In this document: piece after piece, positions 39,499-48,674 of the stretch
Layout of the letters: each line of letters begins with the position of its first letter
How positions within the stretch are numbered: the first letter of the stretch is position 1
Assembly: GCA_026014745.1 (NCBI GenBank)
Contig: JAOZHS010000003.1
Location: 40,137-104,136, forward strand
Direction of reading: 5' to 3'
Origin: Candidatus Bathyarchaeota archaeon
GTDB taxonomy: Archaea > Thermoproteota > Bathyarchaeia > Bathyarchaeales > Bathycorpusculaceae
DNA length: 64,000 nt
Program-made: the position numbers and the translations under genes
Notes under the pieces: generated by a model
Told to the model about the DNA's origin: nothing
Seen by the model: the letters and a program-made list of their open reading frames with translations, nothing else
Databases searched by the model: none

Positions 39499-40761
39499 TT
39501 AGAGAAGTTGGATTTTTAGGTTAAGAGAGGATGCAACGTTTTTTTCTATGGTGCGTTTAAGGGTGCTTATGCGGTCTACGGTTTCGTTATAGGTGTTGAC
39601 TTTGACGGTTTCGTGGGTTTCGACGCTGGTTTTGCGTGCTTTTAGCTGGTCAACTTGTTCTTGGAACTGGCTAAGATGCTGTTTTATCTCATCCATCTTC
39701 GATGACTCCACGAGTTGGTTGCGGGTGTTGGCCATTTCTAGGCAGCGCACCTGTAGCTGTGCTAGGGAGTTGTTGTGGAGAATTTCTTTGATGGATTGGT
39801 CAGCTTTACGTGCCTTGTCTGGTTTGAGCTTTAACTTGTCCTCGGTTAGCATGACTTCGAGTTTTTCAAGTATCTCCTTTAACACTGGATACCCCTCGGG
39901 TTCTATAACCAACGCTTCAAAGGGTGTGTCGAGATATTGGTTGATTTTGGTTAGCTCGTCTGGGGTTATGCCTGCTCCACCACCGGAAGTCGCCAACGCC
40001 TGCATCTTAATAAAGGGTTTTTGCAAATGGCGTAGTGTATATTTGAGTTCGTTGCTTAACTCTTCGATTTCGGAGTTGACCAGGTTAAGTTTATCGATGG
40101 GACCGCGGCTTGTGAGCGCGTCGATTTTTGCTTCTAACTCGCTTATTTCTTGTTCGATGGGTAAGCGTTCGTTGCGGATTTGTTCTTTGTCTTCGACTAT
40201 GGTGTTTAGTTGTTTTTCTATGGTTTGAATTTCGTTGAGGAGTTGGAACGTTTCTTGCAGGGTTTTGGTTTTGACGTATTCTTTGTTTATGAAATCGTTT
40301 AGGGTGTTGTAGGTTTGTTTGGCTTTTTCGTATACGGCGAGGAATTTGCGTCGGTCCATGATGAAGAAGGGGCTGATGCGGGGGAACCAGTTTTTGATGT
40401 CGATGTCGGTGACCATGAGCACCTTTTGGGTTTCCTGTGCGTATTTGCAGAGTTGGTCGTAGGAGATGTCGTCGGGTGCGGGAAGTTTTTTGAATCTGTC
40501 CATGAAGAGGCGGGCGAGTTTGTTTAGTGCGCGGGCGCGGTTGTAGACTTTCATGTTGCGTTTTTCGATTTCTTTGCTGCTGGTGTCGAAGAGTTGTTTG
40601 CTGATTTCGCCTATGCCTTGGATGGCGAAGTTCATTTCGTCGCGGAGTTGTTTGGCTTGGTTGCGTACGGGTGTTAGTGTAGTGTTGGTTTGGGTTTCGA
40701 GCCAGCGTTTGGCTTCTTGCGAACTTGTGAACTGGGTGGGTGTTTCCGACAAGGCAATCAC
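39499..40761 (-). CDS. Long coiled-coil protein of unknown function
   Basis: Heptad-rich E/K/Q/L sequence, no nucleotide-binding motif; 12 bp upstream of the phosphatase. Confidence 0.85.
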   Translation of the reverse strand: MIALSETPTQFTSSQEAKRWLETQTNTTLTPVRNQAKQLRDEMNFAIQGIGEISKQLFDTSSKEIEKRNMKVYNRARALNKLARLFMDRFKKLPAPDDISYDQLCKYAQETQKVLMVTDIDIKNWFPRISPFFIMDRRKFLAVYEKAKQTYNTLNDFINKEYVKTKTLQETFQLLNEIQTIEKQLNTIVEDKEQIRNERLPIEQEISELEAKIDALTSRGPIDKLNLVNSEIEELSNELKYTLRHLQKPFIKMQALATSGGGAGITPDELTKINQYLDTPFEALVIEPEGYPVLKEILEKLEVMLTEDKLKLKPDKARKADQSIKEILHNNSLAQLQVRCLEMANTRNQLVESSKMDEIKQHLSQFQEQVDQLKARKTSVETHETVKVNTYNETVDRISTLKRTIEKNVASSLNLKIQLL

Positions 40762-40887
40762 TGGTAGTAGGTTGTTTTGGTTGTTTTTTAATTTTGGGTT
40801 AAAAACGGGAAGAACAAATCATACTCGTTTTTGAGTAGTTACTCTTAAATAGTTAGCGAAGGAAAATAACCAACCAAGGACTCAACC

Positions 40888-41475
40888 ATGAACACCAAAA
40901 ACCTCACCTTCGCAGTAATGATGGGCGCACTTGGAACCGCCCTATTCGCCATATCATACACCGTCGCCCCACTCGCCCCCTCCCTCGCCGTTGACCTCAG
41001 CCTAATCGGCGTACTGGTCGCAGGCTACTACGGCGGACCCAAAATCGGCTTCATAACAGGCCTAATCGCCGGCATCGTCCCCGGCATAGTATTTGGTCCA
41101 ATGGGTTCGGGTGGCGTATTGGGTCTCATCGGTTTACCCTTCGGCAAAGCCCTCACAGGCATGAGCGCCGGTTTACTTAGCAACGCAATGGGATTTAAAG
41201 AAAACAAACATTCACCTCTGTTTGCTATCCCCGTCACATTTATCGCGTACATACCTGAAGCGCTCTTCACGTGGGGCTACTTCATGCTGGTAACACAAGA
41301 CATAACCACGGGAACCGCAATCTACTCAACCATCATCGTCAAAGCACTCATCGAAGTAGGCATAATGAGCATCATCATGGTTGCATTGCTAAGAAACACT
41401 GGCTTTAGCTGCTACGTCCGAAACCACTTCTTCACCGAAAAACCCAAACAACAACTTCCCCCAGTTTCTATCTAA
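40888..41475 (+). CDS. ECF transporter S-component (solitary)
   Basis: 6 TMs, 'AGYYGGPKIGFITG' motif. Confidence 0.75.
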   Translation: MNTKNLTFAVMMGALGTALFAISYTVAPLAPSLAVDLSLIGVLVAGYYGGPKIGFITGLIAGIVPGIVFGPMGSGGVLGLIGLPFGKALTGMSAGLLSNAMGFKENKHSPLFAIPVTFIAYIPEALFTWGYFMLVTQDITTGTAIYSTIIVKALIEVGIMSIIMVALLRNTGFSCYVRNHFFTEKPKQQLPPVSI

Positions 41476-41499
41476 AAAACAAAAAGATATAAAAAAAAT

Positions 41500-42462
41500 T
41501 TAGAAGCCTAAGGCTTGCGCAAGCACCTTAGGATTTATTTGCCCTGCCTTGAAGGTTCGGCCAGTTTTAGCGTTATTAATCATGAGCACCGCGGGGGCAA
41601 ATAGTCCGCCGTCGATTTTGTAAAAGTCTTTACCGGCATCTAAGAAGATTTGTAGGAACGGTTTGCCGTAGTCTTTGGAGTTGATTGAGGGGGCATCTTT
41701 TACTAGTTGCTGGAGTTTGGCTTCATCGTCGTAATCGACGGTTAAGTAGACGGTTCCGCCGTATAGGATGACATCGTTGGTTCTTGCCATTGCGACTTCG
41801 AAGTCTGGTCCGACTGGCGGGATGGGCGCATAACCCGTGGCGTAGCGGATGACTTTGGGGTCGAGTCCGAGTGTTTTGAGTTTGTGAATACCAACCTCGA
41901 CGACGCGTCCTGTAACTTGCGTTAAGCCAGCGACGCTTGCGGTTGGAGCAACAACTACAATTAAGTTTTGGGCGGAAACGTTGCTGCAGTTTTTGAGGAC
42001 TTTCTCTATTAATACGTCGGAGGGTAGAACATTGCTTTCCAATGTGATGACTGCTTTGTCAGATTGGTCGATGTAGTCTATTTCTTCGTAGACTTCTTTT
42101 GGTTTGAGTGCGATTGCACGTGCAGGTCCGGAGCCGATGGCGATTTGGTCGCCGTCTTTGATTCGCCAGCCAGCGAATTGGCTGCCTAACATGGCTACTG
42201 CGGGGTGGTCAGATGTGATTGTTACGGATGGGAACGTGTAGTCGCCGTAGCTTTTGAAGCCCAACTCTACTGTGGCAGCAGCGCCTAAGCAGAGTTCAGT
42301 GAAGAGTTTGCCTGCCGCAAATCCGCCGGGGGCTTTGACGCCTGCATCAATGATGGTTGCGCCCGCCGAGGACTTGCTGATGGCGACGCCGTATAGGTCG
42401 GGGTTATCGAGGAATTTCTGGGCTTTTTGCCAAGCTAATTGGTTTACGCTGATTTTACCCAT
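41500..42462 (-). CDS. mch: Methenyl-H4MPT cyclohydrolase
   Basis: 'IDAGV...GG..AG', 'GSQFAGW', 'GSGPARA', 'GRVVEVG.HK', 'RTND..LYGG', 'FYKID..LFAP'. Confidence 0.96.
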   Translation of the reverse strand: MGKISVNQLAWQKAQKFLDNPDLYGVAISKSSAGATIIDAGVKAPGGFAAGKLFTELCLGAAATVELGFKSYGDYTFPSVTITSDHPAVAMLGSQFAGWRIKDGDQIAIGSGPARAIALKPKEVYEEIDYIDQSDKAVITLESNVLPSDVLIEKVLKNCSNVSAQNLIVVVAPTASVAGLTQVTGRVVEVGIHKLKTLGLDPKVIRYATGYAPIPPVGPDFEVAMARTNDVILYGGTVYLTVDYDDEAKLQQLVKDAPSINSKDYGKPFLQIFLDAGKDFYKIDGGLFAPAVLMINNAKTGRTFKAGQINPKVLAQALGF

Positions 42463-42627
42463 TTACACTTTCACCTTAAGACAAACAGACAGGAAACAAC
42501 ACTAAAATATTAAAGCTAACGCCTTCAAACCGTAAATTTCGGTATTACATATACCAATTGATAGCAAAGGGGTTCTAACGTTTGAATAATGTGGGACATG
42601 TGTAACCTTTCAGCAAGAAACACAAAA

Positions 42628-42689
42628 TTGCTCAAAAAAGGCAATTTTGCCCCTATTAAGCAATTTGTTGTATCACGGGTGAGACAACA
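42628..42689. promoter_or_regulatory. Operator array 1: TTGC-N9-GCAA x2 (42628-44, 42647-63) + TGTTG-N14-CAACA (42666-89)
   Basis: Exact motifs and spacings read from sequence; duplicated 290 bp downstream. Confidence 0.75.
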
Positions 42690-42741
42690 TCAATTCATAT
42701 AGTGTAGTGGTTGAAGTATGACCCTCCAAATGTGGTGCTGG

Positions 42742-42894
42742 ATGGCTGTCTGCCCAAACTGCGGTAATGCCGTAGACAAACCCTTGCGAGAGATAGAGAA
42801 CGTCGTATTTTATGCGGCGATCTTCGTTTGTCCTAAATGCGGCTGCGAATTTAAGGTTCAGCGTTATCGGGATTCTTGGCTTAAGAAAAAGTGA
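42742..42894 (+). CDS. 50-aa CPxCG zinc-ribbon micro-protein A (MAVCPNCGNAVDKPLREIENVVFYAAIFVCPKCGCEFKVQRYRDSWLKKK); absent from ORF track
   Basis: Hand translation; two CPxCG knuckles; paralog at 43039. Confidence 0.88.
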   Translation: MAVCPNCGNAVDKPLREIENVVFYAAIFVCPKCGCEFKVQRYRDSWLKKK

Positions 42895-42917
42895 TTGGCA
42901 GCAGCCACTTCCAAAAG

Positions 42918-42979
42918 TTGCTCTGTTAAAGCAATTTTGCTATTTTAAAGCAATTTGTTGTTGCTTTGCTGAAACAACA
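42918..42979. promoter_or_regulatory. Operator array 2: TTGC-N9-GCAA x2 (42918-34, 42937-53) + TGTTG-N14-CAACA (42956-79)
   Basis: Same architecture as array 1, with diverged spacers. Confidence 0.75.
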
Positions 42980-43038
42980 TTCTTTCTTATTTGGGTGTGA
43001 GGTTGTGTATGAGTCATCTATTTCAGACGTGATGTTGG

Positions 43039-43191
43039 ATGACCGTTTGTCCTGAATGCGGGCATACCGTAACTGTCCCTTGCCGAGAAATCAAGAACAC
43101 CATGTTTTATGTGGCGCTATTCTATTGCCCAAAATGTGGATGCAGCTTCCGAGTTCAACGCTACAGCGACTGCTGGTTCATAAAACAATAA
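43039..43191 (+). CDS. 50-aa CPxCG zinc-ribbon micro-protein B (MTVCPECGHTVTVPCREIKNTMFYVALFYCPKCGCSFRVQRYSDCWFIKQ); absent from ORF track
   Basis: Hand translation; same length as A and aligns without gaps. Confidence 0.88.
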   Translation: MTVCPECGHTVTVPCREIKNTMFYVALFYCPKCGCSFRVQRYSDCWFIKQ

Positions 43192-43333
43192 ACTACAGCC
43201 TCAGACTTTCTTGCAAATTCTCTAACAGGGTAAACCGGTAAGCATCTAAACAAATCAGAAACCCTTGAAATCTACGTTAAATAAAGAGGGGGTACCTCGA
43301 AAGAGTTATCAGAGCCAGCAAGCGCGCTAATTT

Positions 43334-43350
43334 TTGCAGAAAAATAGCAA
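43334..43350. promoter_or_regulatory. Fifth TTGC-N9-GCAA site, upstream of thpR-cca
   Basis: TTGCAGAAAAATAGCAA. Confidence 0.5.
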
Positions 43351-43407
43351 GATACACTTAACTTGGCTCATGAAAGCATTTATGTATCGTCTCTGTTTTT
43401 TTAGATA

Positions 43408-43992
43408 TTGAAGAGAGTTAAATCAAATATGTCCGAACAAATTAGGAGCTTCATAGCTTTCGACATCCAAAACGACAGCGTTATGAGCAGGATCGCCGCG
43501 GCACAGCGCCTTCTTATTCAGACCAACGCTGACCTAAAACTCGTAGAACCCGTCAATATTCATGTAACTGTTCGTTTCTTGGGAGCCATCAGCCCCGAGA
43601 TGGTGGAGAAAGTTTATGCAGCCATGAAAAACATAAAATTCAGCCCATTCACCATCCGACTAAACGGTTTAGGAGTCTTCCCGACACTCAATTATCCCCG
43701 AGTGGTCTGGGCAGGCATCAAAGATGGAGCCGAACAACTCAGAAGCATCTTTGAGCAACTCGAGCCCCAAATTCACGATTTAGGATTCGCACCCGACCCC
43801 AACGGTTTTAGCCCGCACTTAACCATCGCGCGGGTACGGTCAGGCGCAAACAAACAGAGACTCGTCGATTTGGTGCAACGCCAAGAAGACTATGACTTCG
43901 GCGTCATCAGAGCAGACTGTCTGCGGCTTAAAAAAAGCGAACTGACACCCCGCGGCCCCACCTACACTACGCTTAAAGAATACTGCCCATAA
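43408..43992 (+). CDS. thpR: RNA 2',3'-cyclic phosphodiesterase (2H family; likely start at ATG 43429)
   Basis: Two HxT motifs: IHVTVRFLG and PHLTIARV. Confidence 0.93.
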   Translation: MKRVKSNMSEQIRSFIAFDIQNDSVMSRIAAAQRLLIQTNADLKLVEPVNIHVTVRFLGAISPEMVEKVYAAMKNIKFSPFTIRLNGLGVFPTLNYPRVVWAGIKDGAEQLRSIFEQLEPQIHDLGFAPDPNGFSPHLTIARVRSGANKQRLVDLVQRQEDYDFGVIRADCLRLKKSELTPRGPTYTTLKEYCP

Positions 43993-44007
43993 AGCCAGGC
44001 GAATCGG

Positions 44008-45420
44008 ATGGAGAGCGTCACCCAACAAATCCTCAAAAAAATAACGCCCACACCAGAGGAACGCCAAAGGGTTGACGCATTAAGCCGCCGACTTCAGCAA
44101 CAAATCATAGAGGCTTGCCAAACCGAAGGGGTGCCCGCAAAGGTGCGCGTGGAAGGTTCCGTAGCCAAAGACACTTACCTTAACGAAAACCCCGACATCG
44201 ACATCTTCATCCGACTACCCAAAAGCATTCCCCGCAAAAACCTCGGTGAAGTCGGCTTAAAAATCGCCAAAAAAGCCGCAGGAGACGCTGAACAACTCGA
44301 ACGCTTCGCAGAACATCCTTACCTTGAAATCATCGTTGACGATTACCGCGTAGATATCGTTCCCTGTTACGATGCGGCACGTGGAGAGTGGCAAAGCGCA
44401 ACTGACCGCACACCGTATCACACTGACTACATCAAAACTCACCTCTCGGAGCCGCTTCATGGCGAGGTGCGGTTGCTTAAGCGGTTCATGCAGGGCATCG
44501 GAGTGTATGGCGCCGAAATCAAAGTAGGCGGATTTAGCGGTTATCTGTGTGAGCTTTTGGTGATGCATTACGGCTCCTTTGCAGGCGTCATAGAGGCGTT
44601 TGCCGCGTACAGCGAACGAGTGGTCATTGACCCCGAAGGCTACTATAAAGAAAGACAAACCGAACTACCGCTACTGTTCCCCGAACCCTTGGTTATTGTA
44701 GACCCCGTGGATAAGGGTCGAAACGTCGCGTCCGCGGTGCAGCCCCAAAAACTCTACAGCTTCATCGCCGCATCCCGAGCCTTCCAAACCAAACCATCCG
44801 AGCAGTTCTTTTATCCGCCTAAAACCCACGCCGTCTCACCTGACATCATCCAAAAACAACTTACCAACCGCGGCTCAGCATTTGTGTTTCTGTTTGTAGG
44901 CGAAGCAGCGGCTGTTCCAGACGTGTTATGGGGGCAACTTTACCGTAGCAAACGCTCGCTGCGTAGACTACTCGAAACCAACGGCTACACGGTTCTGCAG
45001 GACGCCGTCTGGAGCAACGAACGGTCCATGACTGCGTTTGTGTTCGAGTTGGAGCAGCAGTTGTTGCCTAACGTTAAGAAGCATCTTGGGCCACCCTTGG
45101 AGCGGGGTGTGGAGTGTGAAAAGTTTCTCGCCAAATACGTCTCCGACAAGTCTGTGTTGGCGGGTCCCTATGTTGAAGAGGGGCATTGGGTGGTGGAGTT
45201 GCCCAGAAAAAGCACCAACGCCGTTGCGTTACTTTATGAGCGGTTGGCGGATGGCGGCAAAAACGCTGGCGTCGCCGATTTAGTTGCCCAAGCCGCGCGG
45301 GAGCGTCTGGAAGTGCTGGTTAATGGTGAGGTGCTTAAAGTTTATGTGGAGCACTCGGATTTTGCGGTGTTTTTAACAGAGTTCCTCTCGGGTAAGCCGT
45401 TTTGGTTAGAAGCCCAGTAG
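44008..45420 (+). CDS. cca: Archaeal class I CCA-adding enzyme
   Basis: 'GSVAKDTYL...DIDIF', 'AEHPY', 'DRTPYHT', 'GGFSGYLCELL', 'DPVDKGRNVASAV'. Confidence 0.97.
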   Translation: MESVTQQILKKITPTPEERQRVDALSRRLQQQIIEACQTEGVPAKVRVEGSVAKDTYLNENPDIDIFIRLPKSIPRKNLGEVGLKIAKKAAGDAEQLERFAEHPYLEIIVDDYRVDIVPCYDAARGEWQSATDRTPYHTDYIKTHLSEPLHGEVRLLKRFMQGIGVYGAEIKVGGFSGYLCELLVMHYGSFAGVIEAFAAYSERVVIDPEGYYKERQTELPLLFPEPLVIVDPVDKGRNVASAVQPQKLYSFIAASRAFQTKPSEQFFYPPKTHAVSPDIIQKQLTNRGSAFVFLFVGEAAAVPDVLWGQLYRSKRSLRRLLETNGYTVLQDAVWSNERSMTAFVFELEQQLLPNVKKHLGPPLERGVECEKFLAKYVSDKSVLAGPYVEEGHWVVELPRKSTNAVALLYERLADGGKNAGVADLVAQAARERLEVLVNGEVLKVYVEHSDFAVFLTEFLSGKPFWLEAQ

Positions 45421-46200
45421 GCTCAACACGATTAGGACTGCGCCCATTGCAAAGCAGTAGATGGCAAATAGGTAGAATTTGTTGGCGGTGAGCACTTTCC
45501 AGAGGATTTTTAGCGCCACAAAACTCACAGCAACCGTGACGGCTAGGGCGGCGACTAATTCAAGCATGCCGATGCCCGATGTTAGGAGAACGCCGCTGCC
45601 TTCTTGGTAGAGTGTGACGCCTAATGCTCCGATGATTGCGGGGATTGAGAGCAGGAAAGAGAATTTGAAGGCTACTTCTTTTTTGATGCCTAAGAGTAGG
45701 GCGGTGGCGATGGTGAATCCGCTACGGGATATGCTAGGCACAATTGATAAGCCTTGCATGATGCCGATGAGCAACGCTGCGAGGGGGCTGATGGTGCTTT
45801 TGGTTTCTTTGGTGAAGCGAGTGGCGAGCAGAAATACTCCGCTGACTATGAAGCCTACACCCAAAAAGAGTAGGGTACTGAAGTAGATGTCTAAGTCGTT
45901 GCCGACGAGTAGGGCTATGGCGCCGGTGGGGATGGAGCCGATGATTATGGGCACGATTAGTTTGCCGTCTGGGCTTTTTAAGTCTCGGTGCCAAAGTGCA
46001 GTTAGCACGTTTTTGAGGTCTCGGCGGAAGTAGAATAAAATGACAAACAGGGTTCCCACGTGCAGGGTGACGTCGAAGAGCAGGGGTACGCTTAAGCCAA
46101 AGAAGATTTCGGCGAGACGCAGATGCCCCGTGCTGGATATGGGGAGCCACTCAGTGGTGCCTTGGATGAAGCCTAAGATGATTGATTGAAGTAAATCCAT
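45406..46200 (-). CDS. uppP: Undecaprenyl-diphosphate phosphatase (BacA family)
   Basis: 'QGTTEWLPISSTGHL', 'PSISRSG', 'FSFLLSIPAIIGA'. Confidence 0.93.
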   Translation of the reverse strand: MDLLQSIILGFIQGTTEWLPISSTGHLRLAEIFFGLSVPLLFDVTLHVGTLFVILFYFRRDLKNVLTALWHRDLKSPDGKLIVPIIIGSIPTGAIALLVGNDLDIYFSTLLFLGVGFIVSGVFLLATRFTKETKSTISPLAALLIGIMQGLSIVPSISRSGFTIATALLLGIKKEVAFKFSFLLSIPAIIGALGVTLYQEGSGVLLTSGIGMLELVAALAVTVAVSFVALKILWKVLTANKFYLFAIYCFAMGAVLIVLSLLGF

Positions 46201-46344
46201 GGGAACCGCTGTATCTGGTTATGGGCTGATATATTTAAATCAACCCTAACTCCGAAAAGACAAGTTAGCCAGCTTTTGTTGTGGCAGGCTAAGACGCATA
46301 AATGCAGATACCTAAACCTAACATAACATTAGTGAGGCAAACCA

Positions 46345-46593
46345 ATGAGTGCACCATCAGCGGTTACAAACAAACCCAACCACACAAACCGATACATCGC
46401 TTTAGGACTCATCGCCATCACAGTACTTGTCATTTTCGTCGCGTTAGGAACCATGATGTCCATATCAGCAAGCACCGCCCAATCACAGAACAACCCTGCT
46501 CTAAAGGAGCACACAGAAAACAACCTAACCCCAAAAGGCTACATCGACAGCCCAACATGCAGCAGAACAGCTACCCCGCCCTCTCTTGAATAA
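46345..46593 (+). CDS. Small single-TM hypothetical protein
   Basis: 82-aa ORF with one TM and GTGAGG RBS. Confidence 0.5.
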   Translation: MSAPSAVTNKPNHTNRYIALGLIAITVLVIFVALGTMMSISASTAQSQNNPALKEHTENNLTPKGYIDSPTCSRTATPPSLE

Positions 46594-46796
46594 TCAGGGG
46601 CTTTCTACTGGTTTTCAACATACTAATGAGCCTGTTTTCAGCCAATAGTGATCTACCCCTCTTAGGATTCTGCAATGAGTTTCTAATAGCCTCCAAATAT
46701 ACAGGCGTCGCCTCCCCCTCTATCGTTTCTGCATACCTTGGATATTAGGATCCAAATAGACGCCAAATAGGTTAATGACCCGATTCTGTCAAGTCT
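46591..46796 (+). repeat. Dispersed ~200-bp non-coding element, copy 2
   Basis: Aligns to reverse complement of 2054-2256. Confidence 0.85.
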
Positions 46797-46865
46797 GTGT
46801 CTATTTGGGGGTTCATGAACTTTCGTCTGTTCATGGGTTTGGTGATTTGATTTCTGAAAAGAATG

Positions 46866-47378
46866 CTAATTACTTTTATTTTTCTCAAGCAACGAAATGG
46901 TTGAGAAATGATATGCTTTATGCGTGTGAAAGATTTTAAATTCACAGGGAATTTTCTCAATGATTTCTTTTATTTCATCAGAATAAAAATCAAACCAGAT
47001 ATAATCGGTAATTGTTTGACAAGCCTCAGCCTGAACTCTGGCTGGTTCGTTGTCTTCCAAACGCATAACATTCCTTATCTCTTTATTAACGGAATATTTT
47101 TTGCCTTTGTGTAAAAAAGTTAACTGGATTTCATTAAGCGTAGTTGGTCTGTTGCCTTTATTACTTAGTAAAAATTCAAAATGAAATTTAATTACTGATG
47201 GATTGATTCCTTGTTCATGTGTTAAACTCTTAACTTTGACCTTTAGTATAGGTTTTTCTTGAGAATGAGTCCAATAAGATATGAAGAGAGCGATAACCCC
47301 TGTTATGGTGCCAATTATTCCTAGCGCAAGGTTGATTATAGGATATTCGCTCATGCTTTTTGTAAGCACTGAAGACAT
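46866..47378 (-). CDS. AT-rich hypothetical protein, N-terminal TM + beta-rich domain (likely start at ATG 47354)
   Basis: Visibly far more AT-rich than its neighbours; 'LALGIIGTITGVIALFISYW' TM. Confidence 0.7.
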   Translation of the reverse strand: MSSVLTKSMSEYPIINLALGIIGTITGVIALFISYWTHSQEKPILKVKVKSLTHEQGINPSVIKFHFEFLLSNKGNRPTTLNEIQLTFLHKGKKYSVNKEIRNVMRLEDNEPARVQAEACQTITDYIWFDFYSDEIKEIIEKIPCEFKIFHTHKAYHFSTISLLEKNKSN

Positions 47379-47526
47379 ATTTCTTTCTTGGGGTAACTAT
47401 AGAGGGATAGCGGAACTCTGTGCCTTTACCGCACCCTTACGGGTGTTTCGCAATACTGTCCGTTAAGCTTATCGCTATCTTTTTCTATCTTCGGCTAAGC
47501 GCTCGAAGGTCTTTTATTGCATTACG

Positions 47527-48600
47527 TTGATTATTGGGAACTATAGCAGCAAGCTGGCTTGCGTTTGGGTGATGGTTGTGGTTTCGGAATCTGTTTGGTT
47601 TACTGTTAAAGAGCGGAAGTGGAAAATCGGCTTCTTCGGCAGATTCTTCTGGACTGGCAGGAAGGAGTTGTGGGACTCTGACAATTGCACCATCGATTTT
47701 GCAAGAACACTTGACAATAAGTGTTTGATTGTGGTTCGGAGTAGCCAGACCAAATACAGCAGTTACATGGAAAAGGACGTTTTGCTTCGGTACATGTTAG
47801 CCTTTGAAATTTCAAGTAAGCCTATGGAACCCCAAACTGAGCTGTACACTGCCAGAAATAACCGTCCCAAACGGCGCGAAGGACCCAAAAAGCGCTGGGT
47901 GATGCAGCTTGACAATAAGCATTGGGTCTGGGAGTGGGCGCAGACAGGCAAAGACATCACGCAATCCACAGTTTACGGTTTGTACCGTGCCATAGTCAGC
48001 GAGTTAGAGCATCCCACCATCGCTGGCGATAGCATCATCAAGGCACAAATCACTGAGCAATCCGACGAATTAATGCCCGTAATTTACCAGCCCAGTGTGG
48101 ATGCGCTGAAGAACTTTGTCCGCGAGGTTCACTGCGCCAAAGGACCACAAAACCCAGACGGTTCCTACGCTGTGGAGGTTTCAGTTCTCTTTAACAATGA
48201 GCGTCTTCGTCAGCACGGCTTTTGGAATTTCATCTATGAAGCCTTCCGCAGATTACGCTATGGCAGGGTTATGGACCTTGAGTCTTTCAAAATATTGGTA
48301 GGTAAGGATGCTGATAGTGACCGCTTTGTCTTTGAGGGCATTTACAGTAACGATGAGCAGATGAATGCTGATTCAATCCATGGCGATGCGCCGCCTGCAC
48401 CCGAGCGTCCAGTGAAGTATTATTTTTTGGACCGCAACCATCCTGTTGTGTTTGTTAATACGTCGAATCATGCGATGGCGGAGCGTGATACGAACCTTAG
48501 GCTCTGGAAATGGGAGTATGTTGCGTGGTTGGGTGATGCTCCGATAAAGCGTGGAACTTTGTCAAGAAAGGAACTTGAAGAACGCCTCAGAAAACGGTAA
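47527..48600 (+). CDS. Conserved-looking hypothetical protein
   Basis: 357-aa ORF; aromatic/His-rich C-terminal motif 'HPVVFVNTSNHAMAE...WKWEY'; start uncertain. Confidence 0.75.
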   Translation: MIIGNYSSKLACVWVMVVVSESVWFTVKERKWKIGFFGRFFWTGRKELWDSDNCTIDFARTLDNKCLIVVRSSQTKYSSYMEKDVLLRYMLAFEISSKPMEPQTELYTARNNRPKRREGPKKRWVMQLDNKHWVWEWAQTGKDITQSTVYGLYRAIVSELEHPTIAGDSIIKAQITEQSDELMPVIYQPSVDALKNFVREVHCAKGPQNPDGSYAVEVSVLFNNERLRQHGFWNFIYEAFRRLRYGRVMDLESFKILVGKDADSDRFVFEGIYSNDEQMNADSIHGDAPPAPERPVKYYFLDRNHPVVFVNTSNHAMAERDTNLRLWKWEYVAWLGDAPIKRGTLSRKELEERLRKR

Positions 48601-48674
48601 ACCCCCGCCACATGTGGGCGAGACTTTAAAAGAATAACCCGCCATCTTTAGCACTATCTAGGAGCAGACTGCAT

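Noticed and set aside
39499-40761. SbcC/Rad50 or SMC paired with a Mre11-like nuclease
   Set aside because: No Walker A/B or zinc hook, and the neighbour has PPP motifs, not Mre11 motifs
47401-47484. Group II intron domain V/VI remnant
   Set aside because: No AGC/CGC catalytic triad or proper D5 geometry
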